DNA of 64,000 nucleotides, taken from contig CAWEDJ010000075.1 of assembly GCA_963807635.1 (NCBI GenBank), positions 32,001 to 96,000 of the forward strand, read 5' to 3'. The notes under the pieces were generated by a model. The model was not told the DNA's origin. It saw only the letters and a program-made list of their open reading frames with translations, and searched no databases. The position numbers and the translations under genes were made by a program. This document shows, one piece after another, positions 22,254 to 31,480 of this stretch. Origin of the DNA: an uncultured cyanobacterium. GTDB taxonomy: Bacteria > Cyanobacteriota > Cyanobacteriia > Cyanobacteriales > Microcystaceae. Every line of letters begins with the position of its first letter. Position 1 is the stretch's first letter.

Positions 22254-23162
22254 ATGGAAAAGCCTCAAGTACTCGGTATTGATTTAGGGGGAACGGCGAT
22301 TAAATTAGGCAGATTTCTGGAAGATGGAACCTGTTTACAATCCCTCTCCCTACCCACCCCCCAACCCGCCTTACCGATCGCTGTTTTTGAAACCTTGATG
22401 CAAGGGATTCATTTACTCAAAACGGAGCATTGCATCGCGATCGGTATTGGTACTCCAGGCCCTTCGGATAAAACGGGACGCATTGCCAAACTTGCCATTA
22501 ATTTACCCGAATGGGTCAATATTCCCCTAGCCGATTGGGTAGAAAAGGAAACCCATTTACCCACAACCCTCAGTAATGATGCCAATTGTGCAGGTTTAGG
22601 GGAAGCTTGGTTAGGGGCTGGTAGGAGGTTTCAAAATTTTATTTTATTAACCCTCGGTACGGGCGTAGGGGGAGCGGTTTTCTTGAATGGTGAACTCTTT
22701 ACAGGGTTACAGGGAGCGGGGGGAGAATTGGGTTTAATCTCCATTAATTTCGATGGCCCCATCTGTAATAGTGGAAATCGTGGCTCCTTGGAACAATATG
22801 TTTCCCTTCAAGGCATTCGACGAGAGACAGGAAAGGAAGGATTGGAGTTAGCGGAATTAGCCGAAAAAGGAGATCCAGAAGCCTTAGCTTTTTGGCAACA
22901 TTACGGCCAATTGTTGGGAGTAGGGGTAGCGAATTTGGTTTATATCCTAACTCCAGAGGCAGTGATTCTCGGTGGTGGTCTCAGTGCTAGTGCGAAGTTT
23001 TTTTTGCCTGCCATGATAACGGAATTAAATCAACGGGTTTTAAGTCCCTCTAGGGAAAATTTGGCGATCGCAGTAGCAGAGTTGGGTAATGATGCGGGGA
23101 TGTTGGGGGCGGCTAAATTGGCTTGGCAGATGGTCAAAAGTTGGGACTTAAAGTTACCGTAA
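22254..23162 (+). CDS. glk: ROK-family sugar kinase (glucokinase)
   Basis: GIDLGGT, NDANCAGLGE, LTLGTGVGG, CNSGNRGSLE, AGMLGAA. Confidence 0.85.
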   Translation: MEKPQVLGIDLGGTAIKLGRFLEDGTCLQSLSLPTPQPALPIAVFETLMQGIHLLKTEHCIAIGIGTPGPSDKTGRIAKLAINLPEWVNIPLADWVEKETHLPTTLSNDANCAGLGEAWLGAGRRFQNFILLTLGTGVGGAVFLNGELFTGLQGAGGELGLISINFDGPICNSGNRGSLEQYVSLQGIRRETGKEGLELAELAEKGDPEALAFWQHYGQLLGVGVANLVYILTPEAVILGGGLSASAKFFLPAMITELNQRVLSPSRENLAIAVAELGNDAGMLGAAKLAWQMVKSWDLKLP

Positions 23163-23384
23163 TAAACCCTTGTTTGGGAATAATAAGTGTGTTTTCTGGA
23201 TTGGGAGGGTGATACTCGAAAGGTGCAGAAATTCAGTCATTACGGTAATTTGAACACTTTAATGATTGACGATGATAACCGACATCAGCACCAGTCGGAA
23301 GTGACGAATATTTTGGCGGATCTGGTTTAGTAGGCGATCGCGCTAAATTTGTAGGTTATTGAATTTCACATTGTATTTAAAGTT

Positions 23385-24589
23385 TTAATCAGGAAAATAT
23401 GATAAAAGACTCTCAATAGATCCTGTTGGAGCCAAATGAAAGGCTTGAATAGCTGGTGCTTGATTTCTTACTTCATTAATTAAGGCGGATATATAACTTA
23501 ATTTTTTATCATTATGAGGCTCTGTTTGTAATTTCATAAAAGAGGGTAAAGAAGTCCCATCAAATTCTTCTATGCGGTATGCTCTAAAATATCCTGTCAG
23601 CACAGATGCTCTTACGGAATAGTATACAAAAAATTCATTTATATTATTAAAGTAGCTTGATGATTGTGTTATTGAAATAATCTCCAATATTTTTCGCAAT
23701 GAGTATTGTATTGCTATTTCACTACGTATGACTGGGTGGGGATGTTTACCTTGCGTTAATTCAAGGTCTTCGTTGTAAGTACCATAAAATCTTTGAAACA
23801 TACACTCCATAGAGCATAATAAAAAGTAAAATGGGATATGATTTAATCGGTTTGTCCTCCAAAGTTGAAAAAAGTAAAATCTATGGCTTGTACATCAGCA
23901 AGGATTTCACGTGCCTGCCCTTTCAAATTAGTCTCATGATTGACGTTATAATTTATTTCTGATATTTCCACAGTTTGGGTATCTATATTTTTAATCTGCT
24001 CGTTTAATAAATAATGTTGCTGAACAATATGACCTAACTCATGAAAAAAAGTCCAAATTAGCATTAGTTCAAACATTAAAAATCTACAATTCACATCATT
24101 TTTATCAATTCGGGAATCGTTTGCCTGTTCTACAGTTTCACCAAAAATAATGCAATAATCAATTAAATCAGAAGAGATAAAGCTTTCATGAACTTCGGGT
24201 ATTCCAGTATTAAATGTAAATGAGGCATTGGTAAATGCACTATGAGACATATGCAGGTTTTCAATTGCATTTGTTTCTTTTGCAATGCGTTTGCAAAATA
24301 GTGGGAATGTGAAAGAATCTCTGTAAATTTCGATTAATAATGACAATTCAAGTTCAATTTTGGGATTAAATGGTTTATCTGTATATATGATAGCTCTTGC
24401 GTTGGGCCTTCCACTAAATACTTTGATTTCATATGTTAATTCACCATTTTTGGGATTGAATATTTTCTCGTTTACAATATTTTTGAGATTGTTTAATATT
24501 TTTAATGATATTTCCTCAATAAATTCTACATTCATATAATCGATCTCTTTCTCAAGCCTAAGAATTTTCGTTGCATCTTTTATGTTCAT
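23385..24589 (-). CDS. HExxH metallopeptidase, Lit/peptidase U49-like, one frameshift near 23870
   Basis: FFHELGHIVQQH, REILADVQA, HPHPVIR. Adding one T in the T run at 23868-23872 joins the two ORFs. AT-rich. Confidence 0.55.
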
Positions 24590-24784
24590 CGTATATTCAG
24601 AGTAATAAGGGCTGTTGTTTGAAGATAATTGTCCAAAATGAGTGACGGTCACGATATTTGGAAAAAGACGATCAAATACTCAGTTCGTCCGCGACACTAA
24701 CGTATTATAATCGCTAGTTCTTCTATTAGTTTAATATCTTTGGAGTAAGGTTTGAGTAGATCTGATCGACCCAAATCCAAAGAA

Positions 24785-24910
24785 TGCCAACCTCGACAAT
24801 GCTAAAAACTTAACCAATAGTCAGATGAAAACGGCCTGTAATTTGGGAAAAGCCATATACACTAAAGCAAAATTTGATTAAACAAGATAAAGCCTCAGAC
24901 CCTAAAAAAC
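24785..24910 (+). pseudogene. C-terminal remnant of a pentapeptide-repeat protein
   Basis: Reads ANLDNAKNLTNSQMKTACNLGKAIY...KQDKASDPKK across a break. Confidence 0.35.
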
Positions 24911-24986
24911 CTTCTAGTCTCTCAATATGAAAGTAAAAACACATCCTATCCCGTCAAACCGAGTCATCAACCCAGTCCAAATCATA

Positions 24987-25057
24987 GCTATCTACCCCGT
25001 TGAGATGATCCGAACAAACTAAATGGGGATCGTGGGCATAAAATAAACTGCGATCGC
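24987..25057. repeat. 71-bp imperfect direct repeat, copy 1, ending in HIP1
   Basis: Shares GATGATCCGAACAAACTAA, TGGGCATA and GCGATCGC with 25727-25797. Confidence 0.85.
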
Positions 25058-25104
25058 GTTTTTTAAATCATCTGTAAAATGGCAAAAAGTCCCAATTTTG
25101 CGAA

Positions 25105-25383
25105 TTACGATTGATGTTTAACGTAGGTTCGCAATACATCATTAATAAGCGTTTGATAGCCTTTTTCTTGAGCATGACTCCTGAACCACTCTAGAATTTC
25201 CGTCTCTATTCTGATACTAATTTGCTCTGTCTTAGGGCTTCGTTTGACCAGTTTAGCATTCTTGAAAAACTCATCATCTAAGGGGGGAATATCCGAATAA
25301 TCGATATCTTCATCGGACATTGCTAGGAATTTCTTTTGTCGCTCTTCAAGAGATATATCAGATGAAAATTTATTGTCGCTCAT
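25105..25383 (-). CDS. BrnA-family antitoxin
   Basis: DIDYSDIPPL, ISIRIETEILEWFR, GYQTLINDVLR. Confidence 0.9.
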   Translation of the reverse strand: MSDNKFSSDISLEERQKKFLAMSDEDIDYSDIPPLDDEFFKNAKLVKRSPKTEQISIRIETEILEWFRSHAQEKGYQTLINDVLRTYVKHQS

Positions 25384-25657
25384 GGCGTTTCCTCTCTCGT
25401 TCATTAGCTTTTCTGGCTGATATCAGACGAATTGTTTGATTTCTTTGGGTATGAATAACCACGATGATCACCGTCTTTTCTTGGGTAACGAGAATTATTT
25501 GTCCTATTGAAACAAATCTCGTTTCTCCATAGTTGAATCGAGTGTCTTCATAGTTCAGGATATTGGGATCATCAAAGATAGCGATCGCTTCCTCGAAGCT
25601 GATACCGTGTTTGGCAATGTTGCTTTGGTTTTTGTTGTTGTCCCAATCGAAGTTCAT
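25370..25657 (-). CDS. BrnT-family toxin
   Basis: FDWDNNKNQSNIAKHGISFEEA, ETRF, IRLISARKAN. Confidence 0.9.
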   Translation of the reverse strand: MNFDWDNNKNQSNIAKHGISFEEAIAIFDDPNILNYEDTRFNYGETRFVSIGQIILVTQEKTVIIVVIHTQRNQTIRLISARKANERERKRHERQ

Positions 25658-25674
25658 ATTATATATATACATTA

Positions 25675-25686
25675 TTGTATATACAA
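25675..25686. promoter_or_regulatory. palindromic operator candidate upstream of brnT
   Basis: Perfect palindrome TTGTATATACAA. Confidence 0.5.
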
Positions 25687-25726
25687 AATCAAGCGTCAGG
25701 GAAACAGCAAATTTTAGGTTGCGATC

Positions 25727-25797
25727 GCTATTTACCCCATTGGGGATGATCCGAACAAACTAATCGGGGTCATGGGCATAGGATAGGCAGCGATCGC
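25727..25797. repeat. 71-bp imperfect direct repeat, copy 2, bounded by HIP1 at 25721 and 25790
   Basis: Aligns with 24987-25057. Confidence 0.85.
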
Positions 25798-25828
25798 ACC
25801 CTTTAAGATCAAAAAAAGATCAAAGGTT

Positions 25829-26863
25829 CTATTGGACTGATCCCAGGCTTTTTTGTGATGTTGAGACAGGAATATTTTTAACTAAGCGAAAACCAATGTG
25901 CGATGTTCCCGTATTTGTTTCTTCCGCTTCCCTTGCGGCGGGACGATAACGACTACAATAATTTTTAGCACAGAGAAAGGAACCCCCTTTGATAACGTGC
26001 TTGGCAACCCCTGGTTCCCTGGGATCAAGACTGTCTGATGGATTTTCCACTAATGGATCGGTTTTTCCTGATTTATTTTCATGGCTTACTTGATACCAAT
26101 CCTTTGTCCATTCCCAAACATTACCTGTCATATCATAAAGCCCATAGCCGTTAGCAGGAAAAGACCCGACTTTAGCAGTTCCTAAAAATTCATCTTCTTC
26201 CGTATTAAAAAAAGGAAATACCCCCTGCCAGGTATTGGCCTTTTTAGCGGAATATTGATTGCCCCAGCTATAGGTCATTTTAGATAAGCCTCCTCGTGCG
26301 GCGTATTCCCATTGGGCTTCGCTGGGTAAGGATTTTCCAGCCCATTTTGCATAACTCTCGGCATCTTCAAAGGCGATTTGTACGACGGGATGATTTTCTT
26401 TACCGACAATAGAACTGTTTCGCCCCTGGGGATGTTGCCAGTCTGCTCCCTGTACCCAATGCCACCAACTAAGCGGTTCAATTTCGGTGACTCCTGCTTC
26501 GGGAGGAATGAAAACGAGGGAACCAGGCTGACGTTCTTCGGGTTTTAGGGTTGGAAATTCTTCGACGGAAAGGGGACGTTCAGCGACAGTTTTGTAACCT
26601 GTTTCTGACACAAATTGAGCGAATTGGGCGTTAGTGACTTCGTGGCGGTCTATACAAAAATCCCTTACTTTGACTTGATTGACACTTTTTTCTTCTGCAT
26701 AAAATTCATCGGAACCCATCCGAAAAGTTCCCTCCTGAATGGCTGCCATATTGTCAGGACAGGTAAGAGTTTCTGCGAATGCCTGGGGATTAACAATCCA
26801 AGAAGTTGTAAAAACAAGAAGGGCGATCGCGGTAATTAGGATTAATTTAAAATTAGCAATCAT
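25829..26863 (-). CDS. exported formylglycine-generating enzyme family protein (SUMF1)
   Basis: Signal peptide, FRMGS, LPSEAQWEYAARGG, DMTGNVWEW, KGGSFLCAKNYCSRYRPAAR. Confidence 0.9.
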   Translation of the reverse strand: MIANFKLILITAIALLVFTTSWIVNPQAFAETLTCPDNMAAIQEGTFRMGSDEFYAEEKSVNQVKVRDFCIDRHEVTNAQFAQFVSETGYKTVAERPLSVEEFPTLKPEERQPGSLVFIPPEAGVTEIEPLSWWHWVQGADWQHPQGRNSSIVGKENHPVVQIAFEDAESYAKWAGKSLPSEAQWEYAARGGLSKMTYSWGNQYSAKKANTWQGVFPFFNTEEDEFLGTAKVGSFPANGYGLYDMTGNVWEWTKDWYQVSHENKSGKTDPLVENPSDSLDPREPGVAKHVIKGGSFLCAKNYCSRYRPAAREAEETNTGTSHIGFRLVKNIPVSTSQKSLGSVQ

Positions 26864-26873
26864 AGATAAACAA

Positions 26874-27461
26874 TTAATTAGGGGATTTATCAAATATCAC
26901 GTTTTCATAGAGTTCGGGAAAAGAAATTTGAAATTCAACTGAATTGAGAGAGAGGATAGAATTAACTCCCATATATTCAGATAACAACCATTTTCCTTTC
27001 TGGGTTTTATTAAACTGCATCACATAATATTGATCCTGACTAATCAAAATATATTCTTGAAATTGAGGAATAGAACGATAGTAGAAAAATTTATCCCCCT
27101 GATCATAATTTTGGGTCGATTTTGATAAAACTTCAACGATTAGGGAAGGATTCAGCACAGTCGTTTTTCCGCTACCGTAATAGATAGATTCCCCTTGAAT
27201 TAACATTACGTCGGGGTATGTTCCTTGACGATAGGTTGGAATCCACAGTTTTACGTCACCGATAAAAATATCATATTGCTTGCGTTTTAAGGTGAATTTC
27301 AAATTCGAGGCAAAATTGAGGGCGATTTTATTATGCTCCGTTGTTTCGCTTGTTATTGATACTATTTCTCCATCTTGATATTCGTGTTTATCGTCTGCCG
27401 TTTCTTCGAGTGCAAGATATTCCTCAAAGCTGTAATGTTTTTTTTCTAGGGCAACTGTCAT
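26874..27461 (-). CDS. Uma2/DUF820 family endonuclease-like protein
   Basis: EEYLALE...HEY.DGEI, YPDVM, VEVLSKST...D.GDKF..Y. Confidence 0.9.
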   Translation of the reverse strand: MTVALEKKHYSFEEYLALEETADDKHEYQDGEIVSITSETTEHNKIALNFASNLKFTLKRKQYDIFIGDVKLWIPTYRQGTYPDVMLIQGESIYYGSGKTTVLNPSLIVEVLSKSTQNYDQGDKFFYYRSIPQFQEYILISQDQYYVMQFNKTQKGKWLLSEYMGVNSILSLNSVEFQISFPELYENVIFDKSPN

Positions 27462-27742
27462 AATTTATGCCTGAGTTATTAAACTAATTTAATGATATAG
27501 AAAAACATAACGCGATCGCCTTTTATCTTTCAATAAGACACGATGTTGCTGTCAGCCAATTCTTTGCTCACAAGCGGGCTGAATCTCTAGAAACCGTTTA
27601 TTTACCGATTCAACCCAGATCGCCTACGACAATCTCGATCAATAACGACCCCTGCACAGAAAATTCTTTTCAGAAGATGGAGGGATGTACCATAGAATCT
27701 TGTCGATGTCCCTATCCTCCGCTATTAAGTTGCTATAAGTTT

Positions 27743-28420
27743 ATGACCCTAATTCTCACCAACGACGATGGCATTGATGCCCCTGGAATTTTGGCCCTCA
27801 GCCAAGCAGTCCAAGGTAAAGGAGTGATTGTCGCACCAAAAGAACACCATTCGGGCTGTGGTCATCAAATTACAGCCTATAATCCCATCCATGTCGAAAA
27901 ACGTTCCGCAACGGTCTTTGCTGTTGGTGGGACTCCCGCCGATTGCACCCGTTTAGGACTCACTCATCTCCATCCCCAGGCCGAATGGGTTTTGTCGGGT
28001 ATTAATGCGGGGGGAAATTTGGGGGTTGATGCCTATATTTCTGGAACCGTTGCCGCCGTTCGAGAAGCGGCTATGTTGGGGTTTAAAGCGATCGCCTTTT
28101 CCCATTGGATTAAGCGTCCTCTAGAAATTGATTGGCAACTGGCAAGCCTCTGGACAGCCGATGTTTTAGAAAAATTATGGACATTACCCCTACCCGCTAA
28201 ACATTTTTGGAATGTAAATTTACCCCACCTCGAAAAGGGTTTACCGACTCCAGAAATCGTTTTTTGTGAACCGAGTACCGATCCTCTGCCCGTTTCCTAC
28301 GAAATAGAGGGAGAATCCTACCGCTATCGGGGAGAATATGCCAAACGCGATCGCACATTAGGAACCGATGTGGATATTTGTTTTTCGGGGAAAATTGCCA
28401 TTACTCAGTTAAGGGTTTAA
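27743..28420 (+). CDS. surE: 5'/3'-nucleotidase SurE
   Basis: LTNDDGIDAPGI, GTPADC, SGINAGGNLG, SGTVAA. Confidence 0.93.
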   Translation: MTLILTNDDGIDAPGILALSQAVQGKGVIVAPKEHHSGCGHQITAYNPIHVEKRSATVFAVGGTPADCTRLGLTHLHPQAEWVLSGINAGGNLGVDAYISGTVAAVREAAMLGFKAIAFSHWIKRPLEIDWQLASLWTADVLEKLWTLPLPAKHFWNVNLPHLEKGLPTPEIVFCEPSTDPLPVSYEIEGESYRYRGEYAKRDRTLGTDVDICFSGKIAITQLRV

Positions 28421-28465
28421 TTCTTTAATCGCGATCGCTGGTGAATGGTTAATCACTTTAAATCA

Positions 28466-28699
28466 TTATTTTGGATTAGAGGGCAACATTTTTTGAATCA
28501 TCGCGGGAAGATTTAAAATTTCTGCCCAAAGTTTTTCGGGACTAATGCCAAAAGCAAACTGCAAAACGAGGACAATTAGGGCAATACTAATCGCTGTTTT
28601 TAGGCTGACTTTAATGACATTTAATAACCAACCAAAAATTAACCAAGCAACGATCACCGCTCCAATTAAAAGGACAATTTGCATAGTGTTTGCTGTCAT
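28466..28699 (-). CDS. small 2-TM membrane protein
   Basis: 77-aa hydrophobic ORF downstream of dxr. Confidence 0.7.
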   Translation of the reverse strand: MTANTMQIVLLIGAVIVAWLIFGWLLNVIKVSLKTAISIALIVLVLQFAFGISPEKLWAEILNLPAMIQKMLPSNPK

Positions 28700-28718
28700 C
28701 TAATAGGTTATTTCGATT

Positions 28719-29915
28719 CTAGCTAACGGAAATGATGCGATCGCCCTTTTGGAGAGATTGACTCGCATTCAGTAGGGTTTCCCTAGCCCATTCATCAGCA
28801 AAAAGAATATCCTCTAAACTCGGCGTAGCAGTATTTTGAGTCGTAAAGCGATCGCAAGTAGTTTCAATTAACCGAGGAATATCCAAAAAGCTGATTTTTT
28901 CGTCTAAAAAGAGAGCCACCGCCTGTTCATTGGCCGCATTTAAAACCGCAGGCATCGCTCCCCCCGTCCGACCTGCCGCGTAGGCCAACTGCATACAGGG
29001 ATATTTATGATGATCGGGTTCACGGAAAGTTAAATTCCCCGCTTTGACCAGATCTAATGGTTCCCAATCCGTATGAAGGCGATCGGGCCAGGAAAGAGCG
29101 TAAAGTAGGGGTAAACGCATATCAGGCCAGCCTAATTGAGCTAAAACCGAGGTATCCTGCACTTCAATCAGGGAATGAATAATACTTTGGGGATGGATGA
29201 CAATATCGATCGCATCGTAATCTACCCCAAAGAGATAATGAGCTTCAATGACTTCCAAGCCCTTATTCATCAGGGTTGCCGAATCGATGGTGATTTTGCG
29301 ACCCATTGACCAATTTGGATGTTTGAGGGCATCTTGCACCGTCACAAAGGGCAACTGTTCCACCGACCAATCACGGAACGCGCCCCCCGAAGCTGTTAAA
29401 ATAATGCGTCGCAGCCCACCGTCGGGAACGCCCTGCAAACATTGAAAAATAGCGGAATGTTCTGAATCGGCGGGTAATAATTTGACTCCATGTTTTTCTA
29501 CCAATGGCAAAACCACTGGCCCGCCCGCAATCAAGGTTTCCTTATTGGCTAGGGCAATATCTTTTCCTGCTTCAATAGCGGCGATCGTCGGCAACAAGCC
29601 CGCACAACCCACAATGCCTGTGACCACACTTTCTGCATCGCCATAACGAGCGACTTCTACCATGCCATTTTCGCCTGTGACAAATTCGGGTTGGTAGTTT
29701 AAATCCGCGATCGCGACTTTGAGTTCATTGAGGCGAGACTCATGGCTAATGGCAACGATTTCTGGTCGAAAGGTGCGAATTTGTTGAGATAATAGCTGTA
29801 TATTATTCCCTGCGGCTAAACCGACCACCTGAAATTGTTCTGGGTATTGGGTGACAATATCGAGGGTCTGAGTACCGATGGAGCCAGTCGAGCCAAGAAT
29901 AGAAATGCGTTTCAC
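28719..29915 (-). CDS. dxr: 1-deoxy-D-xylulose 5-phosphate reductoisomerase
   Basis: [46 protein letters not shown] at 29915 chosen. Confidence 0.97.
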   Translation of the reverse strand: MKRISILGSTGSIGTQTLDIVTQYPEQFQVVGLAAGNNIQLLSQQIRTFRPEIVAISHESRLNELKVAIADLNYQPEFVTGENGMVEVARYGDAESVVTGIVGCAGLLPTIAAIEAGKDIALANKETLIAGGPVVLPLVEKHGVKLLPADSEHSAIFQCLQGVPDGGLRRIILTASGGAFRDWSVEQLPFVTVQDALKHPNWSMGRKITIDSATLMNKGLEVIEAHYLFGVDYDAIDIVIHPQSIIHSLIEVQDTSVLAQLGWPDMRLPLLYALSWPDRLHTDWEPLDLVKAGNLTFREPDHHKYPCMQLAYAAGRTGGAMPAVLNAANEQAVALFLDEKISFLDIPRLIETTCDRFTTQNTATPSLEDILFADEWARETLLNASQSLQKGDRIISVS

Positions 29916-30011
29916 AATTATTGCTTGAACGGAGATCACCTTTTAATATAGAAGGTTAGGTTACATCTGAGAAGCTTTCTGTACTTTTTCTGGCGACTAA
30001 TTCAAGCGTAG

Positions 30012-30206
30012 TTATAAATTTTCATCATTCATCAGTTGAGATTTACCTTTAGCAATTTCCTGTTTAGCTTGTTTGACGGCTTTAATCAAATTATTTTAGG
30101 TTTTGCTAACAAGGTTATTCCATTCTAGTTCATTTTGAAGACTAGCAATATATTCTCGAAGATGTTCAATAATTTGGGGAATGGTGGCTATATTTTCGGA
30201 AAACAT
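30012..30206 (-). pseudogene. antitoxin-like remnant with internal TAA
   Basis: IIEHLREYIASLQNELEWNNLVSKT*NNLIKAVKQAKQEIAKGKS, with the stop at 30096-30098. Confidence 0.45.
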
Positions 30207-30257
30207 CGGTTAAATTTAGATTTTCAATTAGTCGCAAAAACAAAATAAAAAACTCAA

Positions 30258-30593
30258 TCAATTAACAGCATATTCTGTAAATTGACGCATAAAGGAGGAA
30301 TGAAAGCCAACCACAATATCCTGTTTTGGAACTCCTGCTTTAACTAATTCTTCGGCAAAATCAATTTCAGTTCCGTTATATTGGAGCCAGATTTTTCCAT
30401 CTTTTATATCAAAGTGTAGAATACAGCCATAAATGCGATGATTGTCTTCCCAACCAACGTTAACAATTTGATAGTGATCTCGTTCTACATCAAAAATTAA
30501 TTCTCTATCTACATTTTGGCGTTGATAATCATCACTAACATAGTCTTTTAAAAGGTTTTGAATAATGTCTCGATAGGTGTTTATTTTATCCAT
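30258..30593 (-). CDS. xisI: XisI family protein
   Basis: IFDVERDHYQ, GWE...YGCILHFDIKDGKIWLQ, GVPKQDIVVGF. Confidence 0.92.
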   Translation of the reverse strand: MDKINTYRDIIQNLLKDYVSDDYQRQNVDRELIFDVERDHYQIVNVGWEDNHRIYGCILHFDIKDGKIWLQYNGTEIDFAEELVKAGVPKQDIVVGFHSSFMRQFTEYAVN

Positions 30594-30646
30594 TGTTGAA
30601 TAACCTCCTGATCGGGATTATAAACAATTAATTTGATATTAATGTT
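30581..30646 (-). pseudogene. xisH: 3' remnant of xisH
   Basis: NINIKLIVYNPDQEVIQQWIK* overlaps the xisI start as in xisHI pairs. The upstream part is missing. Confidence 0.65.
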
Positions 30647-30830
30647 AAAAGTGAGTAGTGAAGTAGATCGCTCTAGCCCTTACGAAAGAGAAGAGTCTTC
30701 ATCAAAGGAATTTTGAGGGATTTCATTCCAAGACCATCGTTCAAAGTAGTCATCAAGCAATCGGTTCATTTCTGGCTGGGCTGTTTGATAGCCGTCTTTT
30801 GTCCTTCGAGGCGATCGCGGGATAAATTTA

Positions 30831-31148
30831 TTACGTTTTTTCAACCAAATCACCTCCCAAATATTTGTGCATCACATCCTGCACTACGGCAGAAACCGAC
30901 ATTCCTAACTGCTCCGCCAAATCATAAAGCTGATTGCTGTCCTGCATAGATAAATTAACCTCAATCTTTTGTCTAGCAATTTGCGCTCTTGCAATCTCTT
31001 GATACCGTTTCATTTCCTCTTCCACATTAGGAACACTAACCCATTCATCATTTTCAATACTCTCCATCAATTCTCTTTCTTCTTCATCTAACTTGAGTGC
31101 AACAGCAATTTCATCAAGGGTCATATTGTCAAAATCTAAATGTTGCAT
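30831..31148 (-). CDS. putative antitoxin (CopG/RHH-like C-terminus)
   Basis: LDEEERELMESIENDEW...INLS...LAEQLGM...MHKYL. Lies 5 nt downstream of a toxin-like gene. Confidence 0.7.
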   Translation of the reverse strand: MQHLDFDNMTLDEIAVALKLDEEERELMESIENDEWVSVPNVEEEMKRYQEIARAQIARQKIEVNLSMQDSNQLYDLAEQLGMSVSAVVQDVMHKYLGGDLVEKT

Positions 31149-31153
31149 AGGGT

Positions 31154-31429
31154 TTACTCTCCAAAATAGCGTTTTTTCATTTTTCGATTAGGAAAAATAG
31201 TTTTTAAGAAAATAGTTGATTCACTTTCAACAAAAGGTACACAATAAACATAGCCCCTAAGATTAATAACAAAAGTTGATTGGTTAGGATATCTATCTGA
31301 ATTGGGATTTTTAATCGTATCAATCAGTCGTCCATTGTTAATCGCTTCAAATACTTCCTCAAAAGAAACACCTCGTTGCTGTTTAAGCTGTCGATTTTTG
31401 TCTTCGTTCCAAAGGTAGTCTTTCATCAT
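31154..31429 (-). CDS. BrnT/DUF4258-like toxin
   Basis: WNEDKNRQLKQQRGVSFEEV, YPNQ, VPFV, FLKTIFPNRK. Confidence 0.75.
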   Translation of the reverse strand: MMKDYLWNEDKNRQLKQQRGVSFEEVFEAINNGRLIDTIKNPNSDRYPNQSTFVINLRGYVYCVPFVESESTIFLKTIFPNRKMKKRYFGE

Positions 31430-31480
31430 TAAATCAGAGTAGAGAGGGGTCAGAAAACCAACCCCTTTAGCGATTATAGC

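Noticed and set aside
25829..26863. Second FGE-domain gene as a DGR target or template
   Set aside because: It keeps the enzyme-type GGSFLC...YCSRYRPAAR cysteines, shows no adenine depletion, and has no nucleotide match to 16492-16608.
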